Assembly: GCA_963775865.1 (NCBI GenBank)
Contig: CAVZKU010000001.1
Span: forward strand, 229,510-293,509
Length of the DNA: 64,000 nt
DNA from: Candidatus Acidiferrales bacterium
GTDB lineage: Bacteria; Acidobacteriota; Terriglobia; Acidiferrales; UBA7541
Direction of reading: 5' to 3'
A program made the translations under genes and the position numbers. How positions within the stretch are numbered: position 1 is the stretch's first letter; every line of letters starts with the position of its first letter. The notes under the pieces are model-generated. The model was not told where the DNA came from and searched no databases. It saw only the letters and a program-made list of their open reading frames with translations. Positions 48,245-57,784 of this stretch are shown one piece after another.

Positions 48245-48913
48245 TCACTCCCCTTGCGGCCAGATTTCCAGCGGCAATGCCACTTGCACGGCTCCCGCCG
48301 CCCAGCACCCCGCTTCGCGAACTGGAGCAAACGAGTGCCGGTGGAGCGGGGTTGGGCCGTGCACTCGCAAAGCTTCGAGATGCTCGGGTGTGCCATAGCC
48401 TTTATGCTGCGCCAGGCCGTATTGCGGGTACACCGCGTCCCATTCTTCCATCCGCAAGTCGCGGTGTGTCTTCGCCAGGATGGAAGCCGCGGCGATGGAG
48501 ACGCTTTTTGCATCCCCTTTAATCAGCGATTTCTGCTCGATCAAGGCATCCAGTTGCATGGCGTCAATCAGCAGGTAATCTGGTTGGACAGAAAGTAGTT
48601 CGAGAGCCGCGATCATGGCCTGCCGGCTGGCTTGATAGATATTCCAGGCGTCAATGCGCTGCGCATCGATTTCGGCCACAGCCCAAGCCACAGCGTATTC
48701 GCGGATGCGCTCGGCTAATTCACTGCGCCGCTCCGCGGTCAGTTTTTTGGAATCGTCCAAACCGACAATTCTTCGTTTCGGATTCAGAATGACCGCTGCG
48801 GCGACAACGGGACCAAACAGCGCGCCGCGCCCGGCTTCATCGAGACCCGCGATGCGGGTCCAGCCAAGCTTCCGCGCCGCTCGCTCGAAACGCGAAGAGC
48901 AGAGTCGACTCAT
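48245..48913 (-). CDS. rnhB: Ribonuclease HII
   Basis: IAGLDEAGRG, DSKKL, IKGDA, IAAASILAK, HKGYGT and HRHSF. Confidence 0.95.
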   Translation of the reverse strand: MSRLCSSRFERAARKLGWTRIAGLDEAGRGALFGPVVAAAVILNPKRRIVGLDDSKKLTAERRSELAERIREYAVAWAVAEIDAQRIDAWNIYQASRQAMIAALELLSVQPDYLLIDAMQLDALIEQKSLIKGDAKSVSIAAASILAKTHRDLRMEEWDAVYPQYGLAQHKGYGTPEHLEALRVHGPTPLHRHSFAPVREAGCWAAGAVQVALPLEIWPQGE

Positions 48914-48955
48914 AAAGGGTGGTGACCGCGGGAATTTTATCACGCAAACCGGCAG

Positions 48956-50347
48956 TCACGGCTGGGCTCGCGGCCGAACACCGTATAAAGCAGAAGCGTG
49001 CGCTGGTAGTTTCACTTCGATGGAGGCCGCGTGTTCCAGGTCCTTGTGCTCCCAAAGATCCCTCAGCGCATACTGGGATCCTTCTAGGCCCAATTGTTTC
49101 CAGGTATAACGCAGCGATCGCGGCGCATCGCTGCGATTGAAAACCGCCACGTAGTAGCCACGGTCACCCGCTTGCTCCGCTACCCACACCGCTGACTCCT
49201 CGCTGGTCCGGACGGCATGATTCCCCCGGGACTCTTGATCCACCGCGATCACTTCCGAATTGGTCAGCAGCGATTTGGTCCACTCATCGCACAACAACAG
49301 GTTCCCGCCCATGATCAGGGGGGAACGGAAAATCGCCCAGAGCGTCAACAGCGTCCTTTGCTCGTCCTTCGTCAGACGGGACGCGCGCGGATTGCCCCAT
49401 CCCGGCGCCGGTTCCAATCGCCCGATTGCCAGCATATCTGCATCGGGCCAGTTTCCCGGACGCGAATGAACGGCCCATTCCGCCGCTCGTTCGAATTGAT
49501 TGTTTACGCCCTGCGGAAAATCCTTGTTGCCTTGCCATACGTCCCACTCATCATCCGAAATGCGCCACATCTGCGCGTACCGAGCCATTTCCTCTGCTCT
49601 CTGAAGGGGGGCGGGTCCCGGCGACAGGCTTAACACCATAGGTCGTCCGGTTTTCTTCAGTGCTTGGCTGAAGAGCCGGATCTCCTCACCCTTGTACGGG
49701 CGGCTGGAAATGCAATCGATCTTCACGTAGTCGACCTGCCATTCGGCCAACTGCCTCGCCAGCGAATCGTAGTATGCCTGCGCGGCGGGTTTCGTTGTGT
49801 CCAGGCCATAGTTGAATGGATTCCAGGAACAGGTATCCGCGGTGTCTGCAGCTTCTTGCGCGTGAAACTCCGATCCCTCAATGGGCAGTCTTTCCCGCAC
49901 CGCTTCTTTGGGAATCCCTCGAAGAATGTGCAACCCAAATTTCAACCCCAGGCTGTGCACATAATCCGCCAGCGGCCGGAATCCCTCCCCGTTCGCCGCG
50001 GAAGGATAGGTATTGACGGCCGGCGTATATCTCCCGAACGTGTCCAGGCTGAACTCTGCATTTTGCGCATTGAAGCCGGCGGAATGGTTGGTGACGTACC
50101 AGCCAGAGTCCACGACGATGAATTCCCAACCAAACGCCTTCAAATTTTTGGCCACCCACTGGGCGGTCTCGCGAATATCGCTTTCTTTGACGCTTTCGCC
50201 ATAGGCGTCCCAACTGTTCCAGCCCATCGGCGGGGTCTTTGCCAAACTGCCTTCCTGCGCCTGCAATCCACTCAGGCAAATGCCGAACAGCAAGACGGGA
50301 AGGATCTGCGCACGCCAGCCTATTTTTCTCGGTCGCCCGATAGACAC
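48956..50347 (-). CDS. Glycoside hydrolase family 27 (alpha-galactosidase-like), secreted
   Basis: TPPMGWNSW, VVDSGW, HSLGLKFG, VDYVKID, WRISDD and WPDADML. Confidence 0.9.
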   Translation of the reverse strand: MSIGRPRKIGWRAQILPVLLFGICLSGLQAQEGSLAKTPPMGWNSWDAYGESVKESDIRETAQWVAKNLKAFGWEFIVVDSGWYVTNHSAGFNAQNAEFSLDTFGRYTPAVNTYPSAANGEGFRPLADYVHSLGLKFGLHILRGIPKEAVRERLPIEGSEFHAQEAADTADTCSWNPFNYGLDTTKPAAQAYYDSLARQLAEWQVDYVKIDCISSRPYKGEEIRLFSQALKKTGRPMVLSLSPGPAPLQRAEEMARYAQMWRISDDEWDVWQGNKDFPQGVNNQFERAAEWAVHSRPGNWPDADMLAIGRLEPAPGWGNPRASRLTKDEQRTLLTLWAIFRSPLIMGGNLLLCDEWTKSLLTNSEVIAVDQESRGNHAVRTSEESAVWVAEQAGDRGYYVAVFNRSDAPRSLRYTWKQLGLEGSQYALRDLWEHKDLEHAASIEVKLPAHASALYGVRPRAQP

Positions 50348-50430
50348 CTGCCTCCCAGACCGCCATGATTCTATCCGAATCCGCTGGTTTTTCTCGTGGT
50401 TTTGCTGACCGGGTCCGGAGGAGCGTCACG

Positions 50431-50460
50431 AAAAAAAAGGACAGGCATTTCTGCCTGTCC
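50431..50460 (-). terminator. Rho-independent terminator after rplS
   Basis: Minus strand GGACAGGCA-GAAA-TGCCTGTCC followed by T8. Confidence 0.88.
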
Positions 50461-50483
50461 CTGGAACCTCTGTTGGTCTGAAC

Positions 50484-50879
50484 TTACGCGTTTGTCGCTG
50501 CGGCTGGCGCTTCGGTTTCTTCCCGCGCGGCACGCTTGATGCGAGCAGCCTTACCCCGCAGATCACGCAGATAGTAGAGCCGCGCACGCCTCACACTGCC
50601 CTTGCCGACAACATCAATCGAAGAGATCGAAGGCGAGTGCAGCGGAAAAATACGTTCCACCCCGGTGCCGAAGCTGACGCGCCGCACGGTAAAAGTCGCG
50701 CTGCTGGCCCGTCCCTTCTTCGAAATCACCACACCCTCAAACGCCTGGATGCGTTCCTTGACCTTTTCCCCTTCGCCTTCGAGCAGCCGCACATTCACCC
50801 GGACGGTATCGCCGGGGCGAAATTCGGGGAGGTCTTTGCGCAATTGCGCTTCATGCAACTTACGAATTACCGGATTCAT
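50484..50879 (-). CDS. rplS: 50S ribosomal protein L19
   Basis: [32 protein letters not shown] and [10 protein letters not shown]. Confidence 0.97.
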   Translation of the reverse strand: MNPVIRKLHEAQLRKDLPEFRPGDTVRVNVRLLEGEGEKVKERIQAFEGVVISKKGRASSATFTVRRVSFGTGVERIFPLHSPSISSIDVVGKGSVRRARLYYLRDLRGKAARIKRAAREETEAPAAATNA

Positions 50880-50963
50880 TTTCTGTATTCCCTGCAGACC
50901 CACTCAGGCGGGGCCAGCACTTCTAAGGCAAACTCTGATTATAGCCAAAGGTCTGCCTTTTTC

Positions 50964-51719
50964 CTAGCCATTTTCTCCCGACAAGTCGGGGCGATTCCGC
51001 GCCGTCTTCTCTAACGCTTTCTCCCGCCGCCACTTGGCCACTTCGGCGTGGTTCCCGCCGATCAGCACCTCGGGCACTTTCCACCCGCGATACTCCGCCG
51101 GCCGCGTGTAGTGCGGGAAGTCCAGAAGCAGTCCCTGCCCACCCGTGATCTTCCGCGGCGTTCCCTCATGCTCGCTGAACGACTCATTCTGCGTCGACGC
51201 CGCGTTGCCAAGCGCTCCGGGCAGCAGCCTGGTCACGGCATCGACCACGATGGCGGCCGGCAATTCGCCCCCGCTCAAGACGTAATCGCCGACACAAATC
51301 TCTTCTGTGGCCAAGTGCTCGGCAACGCGCTCATCCACGCCCTCGTAGCGACCACAAATCAAAATCAGCCGCTCCAGCTTTGCATACCGACGCGCAGTCT
51401 CTTGCGTGAACAATCGTCCGGCCGCAGACATCAGCAGAATGGCCGTGCCCGGTTCTGTAGTGGCTTTCGTCTGCCGGCCGCCCACTTCATAACCCAAAAG
51501 ATTTTCCACGGTTAGAAACAGCGGCTCCGGCTTTAACACCATCCCTTCGCCACCGCCAAACGGACGGTCATCCACGGAGCGGTGCCGATCCTTTGTGAAC
51601 TCGCGCAGGTCCTGCACGTGAATCTGCGCAATCCCTGCTTCTTTCGCGCGCCGCACAATGCCATGGTCCAGCGGACCAGCGAAAAATTCAGGGAAAATTG
51701 TAATCAAGTCAAATCGCAT
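50964..51719 (-). CDS. trmD: tRNA (guanine-N1)-methyltransferase
   Basis: DDRPFGGGEGMV, CGRYEGVDER, GDYVLSGGE and PHYTRP. Confidence 0.97.
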   Translation of the reverse strand: MRFDLITIFPEFFAGPLDHGIVRRAKEAGIAQIHVQDLREFTKDRHRSVDDRPFGGGEGMVLKPEPLFLTVENLLGYEVGGRQTKATTEPGTAILLMSAAGRLFTQETARRYAKLERLILICGRYEGVDERVAEHLATEEICVGDYVLSGGELPAAIVVDAVTRLLPGALGNAASTQNESFSEHEGTPRKITGGQGLLLDFPHYTRPAEYRGWKVPEVLIGGNHAEVAKWRREKALEKTARNRPDLSGENG

Positions 51720-51762
51720 CACTTGCAGTTTATTCAAAATGGGCTTTCGACGATAGGTTGCC

Positions 51763-52362
51763 TTACTCCGGGGTATTCAGATCTGTGAGACCCTCTGGCA
51801 ATCTAACCTCAATTCTTCGTTCGGCCACTTCAACTCGCCGGCAAATGTCTTCTGCCAGTGGCACCAGAAGCTCGCCTCCCGGCGTCTCCACTTGCAGAAC
51901 CGGCGTGCCGGTGACGCTTTCTCCAGTAAAAAAGACGTCACGCACTGTGCCCAGCACACGCGGCACTCCTTCCATTCCGCAGGCGGGCGAAGACAATTTC
52001 GTTCCCTCGTCCGCCACCTCAAGCACCGTGCAGCCAATCAGATCGGTCACAAAATATTGCCCTGCAGGTAACTCGACGCGTTCTGCGAAGGGCAACAGCA
52101 CCTCGAAACTGCGCAGCGTTTCCGCATCGGAAATCGTCCCGTAGCCGTCGAAATGGAATACACCCATCCCGGGATGGTTCCGATCTACCCAGAACTTCTG
52201 CAGTCCGGTCAATCGAGGTTCGTTATTCTCATTTCGCAGGTAAATCTGTTTGAGGGTGGAGAACCGGGAGGGAAAATCCGTCAGCAACTCCGCAACAACC
52301 TCGCCCTTATTGCCGCGCGGCCTTAAAATTCGCGCCACCAGCACCCAGCCGCATTGCTTCAT
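51763..52362 (-). CDS. rimM: Ribosome maturation factor RimM
   Basis: RPRGNKGEV, TDFPSRF, YFVTDLIGC and LLVP. Operon position between khpA and trmD. Confidence 0.9.
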   Translation of the reverse strand: MKQCGWVLVARILRPRGNKGEVVAELLTDFPSRFSTLKQIYLRNENNEPRLTGLQKFWVDRNHPGMGVFHFDGYGTISDAETLRSFEVLLPFAERVELPAGQYFVTDLIGCTVLEVADEGTKLSSPACGMEGVPRVLGTVRDVFFTGESVTGTPVLQVETPGGELLVPLAEDICRRVEVAERRIEVRLPEGLTDLNTPE

Positions 52363-52371
52363 GGGAATGCT

Positions 52372-52605
52372 TCAATCTTCCAGAATCTCGAGCGTGAATC
52401 GCTTATGAAGCTTCATCCCGGCTGCTCCGAGCAATGTACGGATCGCCTTCGCCGTGCGTCCCTGACGCCCAATCACTTTCCCCAAATCTTCAGGATGTAC
52501 TCGCAACTCCAAAACAGTAACCTGAGAACCTTCTACTGCTTTGACTTGCACTCCTTCGGGATGATCTACCAATGCCCGTGCGATCTCCTCAACCAGTTCT
52601 TTCAT
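52372..52605 (-). CDS. khpA: KH domain RNA-binding protein KhpA
   Basis: ALVDHPE and [18 protein letters not shown]. Confidence 0.93.
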   Translation of the reverse strand: MKELVEEIARALVDHPEGVQVKAVEGSQVTVLELRVHPEDLGKVIGRQGRTAKAIRTLLGAAGMKLHKRFTLEILED

Positions 52606-52741
52606 AGGGCCCCCGCGTGCGTTCCGTTTGTCAATCTACTTCACGCGCTCTCCCCCATTATGAGAGCGCGCCACTTACCTCCGCCACTGGGACCTGACCT
52701 GGTGAGCCGAAGAGCTTGAACGCGAACTGAGCGTCGGATTA

Positions 52742-52981
52742 TTACGCTATCTTTTGCTGTTTGATGAAACTACGCACGGTATCGCTCGGCTGTGCCCCAA
52801 CGCCTAGCCAATACTTGATACGCTCGGAATCCAACTTGATTTCCGCGGGCTTTTTCAGCGGATCATACGTTCCCACCGCTTCGCGCACACGCCCATCCCG
52901 GGCTCGCGTTCTTTCGATCACCACCACACGGTAGAACGCCTTCTTCTTCTTTCCAATCCTTGCTAAACGAATAGTTAACAC
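52742..52981 (-). CDS. rpsP: 30S ribosomal protein S16
   Basis: IRLARIG, FYRVVV, RDGR, GTYDP and GAQPSDTV. AGGAGG RBS. Confidence 0.97.
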   Translation of the reverse strand: MLTIRLARIGKKKKAFYRVVVIERTRARDGRVREAVGTYDPLKKPAEIKLDSERIKYWLGVGAQPSDTVRSFIKQQKIA

Positions 52982-53008
52982 TAAAGTACGTCCTCCTAAA
53001 GACTCCCT

Positions 53009-53038
53009 ATTCTAGCGTGACTTCGCTTCCCCCGGCAA
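53009..53038 (-). promoter_or_regulatory. Putative sigma70 promoter of the rpsP operon
   Basis: TTGCCG-N18-TAGAAT. Confidence 0.55.
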
Positions 53039-53051
53039 ACTATCCCTCGCG

Positions 53052-53318
53052 GCGTGCACGACATAAGAATCAGGATCGAAGTCTGTTACAGAGAGTTTCA
53101 CGCGCAGGGTTTATGCACTTCCACGGGCGCGGTGGAAACCGGATGCAAAGTGGCCATCGGTACACGCCTGAAACGCACCGGGATGCACTGGACCGTTCTC
53201 GGCTCTAACGCCATCATGGCGCTGCGCTGCACAAAACTCAGCGGCCGCTTTCCGGACTTTTGGGAACGCAAGTCAGAGCCCAGGACTGCCTGAGGCATCA
53301 CTTTCTTGTCGTGCACGC
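53052..53318 (+). mobile_element. Internally deleted ISKra4-family-like insertion sequence (MITE-like remnant)
   Basis: Perfect 12-bp terminal inverted repeats GCGTGCACGACA and flanks CTCGCG/TTCGCG. Encodes only the transposase C-terminus YREFHAQGLCTSTGAVETGCKVAIGTRLKRTGMHW...ALRC...FWER. Confidence 0.82.
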
Positions 53319-53326
53319 TTCGCGGA

Positions 53327-55300
53327 CTACCGTTGCACCACCGGTAACTCCACAAAGCTCTCCTCGCCTGGAGCATGGTACACGCGTTGCACTGCCTTGC
53401 GATACTCTTCCGGCTTGGCCCAGAAAATATTGGGGACGAAAGTCTGCGGGTTCCGGTCATACAACGGAAACCAGCTTGACTGAATTTGCACCATGAGCCT
53501 GTGTCCCCTTAAGAAAACGTGGTTGGCGTTCGGCAGCGCAAACCGGTAGAGCAAAGGTTTGTCGCTGGCAATGGGCTTCGCATTCTCCAGGCTTTCGCGA
53601 TACCGGCCGCGGAAAATATCCGCCGAAATCATCAACTCGTACCCACCCATCCCTGAATCGCCCGCCACTTCGTCCGGATAGACGTCAATTAGCTTAACCA
53701 CCCAATCGGAATCAGTCCCGCTTGTGGAAGCGATCAAATTCGCTACGGGCTGCCCGCTGATCTTCACGGGGGCGTCGAGAATGTCAGATACAAATGTCAC
53801 TACATCTGGTCTCCCGGAGGCTTCTCTTTGATCATCCACAAGCCAATACTCCCAGGTCAGGCGGCCCGCATAGCCGATGGGTTGGCTCGGACGGGCACGA
53901 TAAGGCACAGGCTTTGCCGGATCAGATACATATTCTTCAAAGGCTGCTGCAGAATCTTTCGGTGCCGCAAAACTCAATTTCTGCCCCGCGTTCAGGTACA
54001 AGGGTGTGGGCTTCACGGTGCATCCGCTCGCGCAACCTGCTGGCCAACCAGGCAAGCGTCGCCAGGTATTTGTGCCCGTTTCATAAGCAGTCACCGTGGC
54101 AATATCCGCTTTAGACGCTCCGTCTTTCAGATATTGCGCCAGGAATGGCCGCAGAATCTCTTGTCGAAAATAAAGGCTGGTGTCGCTGGCAAACCGCAAC
54201 GCGCCGAGCGAGCTTCCGTCCGCAATCTGTTGTCCGTGGTACCAGGGACCCATCACCAGAAAGACTTTGTCGTTCGCGGTATCGTTCGGCTTAATCGCCT
54301 TGTAAACCGCGGTTGCGCCGTAGATGTCTTCTTGATCCCATAGTCCGGCTACCAGCATGGTGGGAACGTTGAGCGGTTGCCCCGCGAGGATGGTATCCAT
54401 GGCTTGCTCTTGCCAGAAAGCGTCATAACTCGGGTGCTGCAGAATTTTCCGCCAGAATCCCATCTGTTCGAGGCCGTGCTGCCGGCCAAGCTCACCCGCA
54501 GAACCGGCTCGCATATACAGGTCATAATCGTCATACGTGTTCGTCCACCACCCCACCTCGTTTGCACGTGTGCCCTCTTGCTCGTAAATGTACGGCATGT
54601 TCTGCTCACGAAACGCGCCATTGTGGAACCAGTCGTCTCCCTTCCAGCCGTCCACCATTGGATTCATGGGCACGGATACTTTCAATGCCGGATGTGGGTT
54701 CACCAACGCCATCAAGGGAAGAAAGCCGCCGTACGAGATCCCCAAAATTCCCACCTTGCCATTGCTTTCCGACACATTTTTCACCAGCCATTCGATGGTG
54801 TCGTACGTGTCCGTCGAGTGATCCACGGGGGTGGGATTGAGCGGTCCATGCACAGGCCGCGTCATCACGTAATCGCCTTCCGAGCCATATTTGCCGCGAA
54901 CGTCCTGAATCACGCGAATGTAGGCATCCTCTACGATCACATCCGTCACGTTGTCGTAGCCCTGCAGAATCGGCCCAAGATGCGAACTCGCTTCATGGCT
55001 GACCATGCCTGTAGCGCCATAGGGTGTGCGGGTCAAAAGGATGCCCGCGCTTTTCGTCCCTTTCGGCATGACGATTACCGTGTGGAGTTTTACTCCGTCG
55101 CGCATCGGAATCATGACGTCGCGCCTCTGGTAATCGAAGCTGCTGGTCACCGGCACGAGTTTGGCCGGTGTCTCACTCGGAAACTCTGGAACCTTGGCCG
55201 GGGCCTCAGAAGCTTGCCCCATCGCCACTTCTGGCAAAAGCGCTGCACTCGTGAAACAGCCGAGGACCAGTAGATACCCACAGAGGTTCTTCCGATTCAT
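53327..55300 (-). CDS. CocE/NonD family hydrolase (alpha-amino acid ester hydrolase-like), secreted
   Basis: MIPMRDGVKL, RTPY, QDVRGKYGSEG, GISYGG nucleophile elbow, GPWYH and SSWFPLYDRNPQ. Confidence 0.92.
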   Translation of the reverse strand: MNRKNLCGYLLVLGCFTSAALLPEVAMGQASEAPAKVPEFPSETPAKLVPVTSSFDYQRRDVMIPMRDGVKLHTVIVMPKGTKSAGILLTRTPYGATGMVSHEASSHLGPILQGYDNVTDVIVEDAYIRVIQDVRGKYGSEGDYVMTRPVHGPLNPTPVDHSTDTYDTIEWLVKNVSESNGKVGILGISYGGFLPLMALVNPHPALKVSVPMNPMVDGWKGDDWFHNGAFREQNMPYIYEQEGTRANEVGWWTNTYDDYDLYMRAGSAGELGRQHGLEQMGFWRKILQHPSYDAFWQEQAMDTILAGQPLNVPTMLVAGLWDQEDIYGATAVYKAIKPNDTANDKVFLVMGPWYHGQQIADGSSLGALRFASDTSLYFRQEILRPFLAQYLKDGASKADIATVTAYETGTNTWRRLPGWPAGCASGCTVKPTPLYLNAGQKLSFAAPKDSAAAFEEYVSDPAKPVPYRARPSQPIGYAGRLTWEYWLVDDQREASGRPDVVTFVSDILDAPVKISGQPVANLIASTSGTDSDWVVKLIDVYPDEVAGDSGMGGYELMISADIFRGRYRESLENAKPIASDKPLLYRFALPNANHVFLRGHRLMVQIQSSWFPLYDRNPQTFVPNIFWAKPEEYRKAVQRVYHAPGEESFVELPVVQR

Positions 55301-55461
55301 GAAATTTCCTTGATTTCGTTATGCTTCGCTGTTTCTACCCGGGAATCCGGTTCGTGCCTTCGTGCGCCGCGATTATATGCTGGCCTCCGTCGCGCTGCCA
55401 CTCTGGCAATCTCTGAAAGCTGTGCCTCGCCATTGGACAACGGCCCCTCGCGGAGTAGAAT

Positions 55462-56427
55462 ATGCCCCTGCCTATGAACTCACGTCTGGACCTGGTTAGA
55501 GCGCAAGCTCGGACTATGCCGCGCTTCAACGACAAAAACAAGATCGTCGAGCATTATGATCTCGTGAGCCCCTACTACTACTCCCTTTGGGGCGAGCACC
55601 TGCATCACGGCTATTGGATCAGCGGGGACGAATCCAAGGAAACCGCGCAGATTCAGCTCATCGAGCATCTCGCCCGCTTAGGCAACATCCAGCCGGGTTC
55701 TCGTATTCTCGATATCGGTTGCGGATTTGGCGGCAGTAGCCTCTTTCTTGCCAAACATTATGGGGTTGAGGCTACGGGCGTCACCATTTCTCCGGTTCAG
55801 GTGGAAATGGCCAATCGCGCGGCCGTCGAAAATAACCTTCACGCCGAGTTCCTACTCATGGACGCTGAAGCATTGCAGTTCTCCCAACCCTTCGATCACC
55901 TTTGGTCCGTCGAATCGATCTCTCACTATCATGACCCCGCAAAGTTTTTCTCCTTGGCCGCAAAATTCTTGAAGCCCGGTGGGACCTTCGCTCTTACGGA
56001 TTGGTTCCGCAAGGAGAATCTCTCCCCCGCCGACAGAAGAAAGTTCATCGACCCGATCGACAAGGCCATGTTCGTCGAGCTTCGCGAAATGGAAGACTAC
56101 GCCACCTTTCTAGTTTCCAGCGGCCTGCAGGTCCAATATCGCCAGGTACTGACAGAGAACTGTGCAAAAAGCTGGGAGATTGGACTCGAAATCATCAAGG
56201 ACAAATCGTTCTGGTCTCTGGCGGCAAAACTCGGCCCCGACTTCCTCACCTATCTCAAGGGATTTAAGGCCATGCGCGCCGGATATTCCTCCGCCAATTT
56301 TGTGTACGGGCTTTTTGTCGCAAAAATGCCGGAACTCGGAGAACATGACGCTAGTCATCCTCCGGACCGCCGCTCTGATTCTGGATATTCCCCAGACGCG
56401 TCTAACTCAGCCGATTCATCCCATTGA
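55462..56427 (+). CDS. Class I SAM-dependent methyltransferase (gamma-tocopherol/sterol MT-like)
   Basis: HYD..LWGEHLHHGYW, ILDIGCGFGG, GVTISPVQ, WSVES and LKPGG. Start may be at 55516. Confidence 0.85.
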   Translation: MPLPMNSRLDLVRAQARTMPRFNDKNKIVEHYDLVSPYYYSLWGEHLHHGYWISGDESKETAQIQLIEHLARLGNIQPGSRILDIGCGFGGSSLFLAKHYGVEATGVTISPVQVEMANRAAVENNLHAEFLLMDAEALQFSQPFDHLWSVESISHYHDPAKFFSLAAKFLKPGGTFALTDWFRKENLSPADRRKFIDPIDKAMFVELREMEDYATFLVSSGLQVQYRQVLTENCAKSWEIGLEIIKDKSFWSLAAKLGPDFLTYLKGFKAMRAGYSSANFVYGLFVAKMPELGEHDASHPPDRRSDSGYSPDASNSADSSH

Positions 56428-57784
56428 AGGCTGCGGCTTTGTAGCATTCCGCCAGCGTCGGATAATTGAAGACCGTGTGGATGAAATAGGTGATCTTGCC
56501 TTTCAACAGGAGTACCGCCTGTCCGATGTGCAGCAACTCCGCGGCGTCTTCCCCAAAAATATGCACGCCCAAGACTTCCAGCGTTTCCCGGTGGAATAAG
56601 AGTTTCAGCCGTCCCTCCGTGTGTCCGGAGATTTGTCCGCGAGCGATCTCCCGGTAGTACGCTACGCCCACTTCGTACGGCACATCTTCCTCCGTCAGTT
56701 GCTCCTCGGTCTTCCCGATGAACGAAATCTGCGGAATGGTGTAGATCCCGTACGGGTAGCCCGCCGGATCCGATTCTGCTGGCAAGCCAAACGCCTTCGC
56801 GGCGGCGATGCGTCCTTGCTCCATCGAAACCGACGCCAAGCTCGGGAAACCGATGACATCTCCCACTGCGAAAATGTGTTGCTGCGAGGTGCGAAACTCC
56901 GCATCCACTTTAATCCGGGAGCGATCGTCCGCTTCCACTCCCGCTGCCTGCAGATTCAGTCGGTCGATGTTTCCCTGGCGCCCCACGGCATACAGCAGCG
57001 CATCTCCCAAAATCCGTTTTTTACTTACCAGGTTCGCCGCCACTTTGCCGTCCGGCATCTCTTCCACGCTTTCCACTTCTTCGCTCAGCCGCATAGTGGC
57101 TCGCCGGTCGCGCATGTGGTAGCTGAGCGCCTCCACGACCTCGGCGTCGGCAAATTCCAGCAGCCGTGGTCGCTTCTCGACCAAAATCACGCGCACTCCC
57201 AGTGTGGTGAACATACAGGCGTACTCCACACCGATCACTCCGCCGCCAACGACGATCAGTGTTTTCGGCACAGTGGGGATCCCCAGGATTTGATCGCTGT
57301 TGACGATATTCCGTCCGTTGACGGGCACTTTCGGATTCACGGCAGGTTTCGTTCCCGCGGCAATGACTACGAATTCCGCTTCCAGTTCGTTAAATCCGGT
57401 CGAGTTCTCCACGCGGATATGGTGCGGGTCCACAAACGAGCCCACCCCGTGATACAGATCCACACCATTTCGTTTTAACTGGTCCTGCAACACTGCCGCT
57501 TCGTTCTCAATCACCCGGGTCACGCGGAAATTGAGGTCGTTCATTGTAATGTTTTCTTTGACGTGATAGTTGGAACCGTAGAACGCCTGGTGATTGAAGC
57601 CGGACAGATGCAGCACGGCTTCGCGCATGGTCTTACTCGGGATCGTTCCGGTGTTGATGCACACCCCTCCGACCATCGTTTGTTTCTCCACCACCGCGAC
57701 TCGTTTTTTCGCTTTCGCTGCTTGAATGGCCGCGCGCTGCCCGCCCGGTCCTGACCCGATCACTACCAGATCATACTGTTGCAT
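56402..57784 (-). CDS. sthA: Soluble (Si-specific) NAD(P)+ transhydrogenase
   Basis: IGSGPGG, GGVCINTGTIPSKTMRE (single Cys), GGGVIGVEYA, GDVIGFPSLAS and FNYPTLAECYK. Confidence 0.92.
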   Translation of the reverse strand: MQQYDLVVIGSGPGGQRAAIQAAKAKKRVAVVEKQTMVGGVCINTGTIPSKTMREAVLHLSGFNHQAFYGSNYHVKENITMNDLNFRVTRVIENEAAVLQDQLKRNGVDLYHGVGSFVDPHHIRVENSTGFNELEAEFVVIAAGTKPAVNPKVPVNGRNIVNSDQILGIPTVPKTLIVVGGGVIGVEYACMFTTLGVRVILVEKRPRLLEFADAEVVEALSYHMRDRRATMRLSEEVESVEEMPDGKVAANLVSKKRILGDALLYAVGRQGNIDRLNLQAAGVEADDRSRIKVDAEFRTSQQHIFAVGDVIGFPSLASVSMEQGRIAAAKAFGLPAESDPAGYPYGIYTIPQISFIGKTEEQLTEEDVPYEVGVAYYREIARGQISGHTEGRLKLLFHRETLEVLGVHIFGEDAAELLHIGQAVLLLKGKITYFIHTVFNYPTLAECYKAAAFNGMNRLS

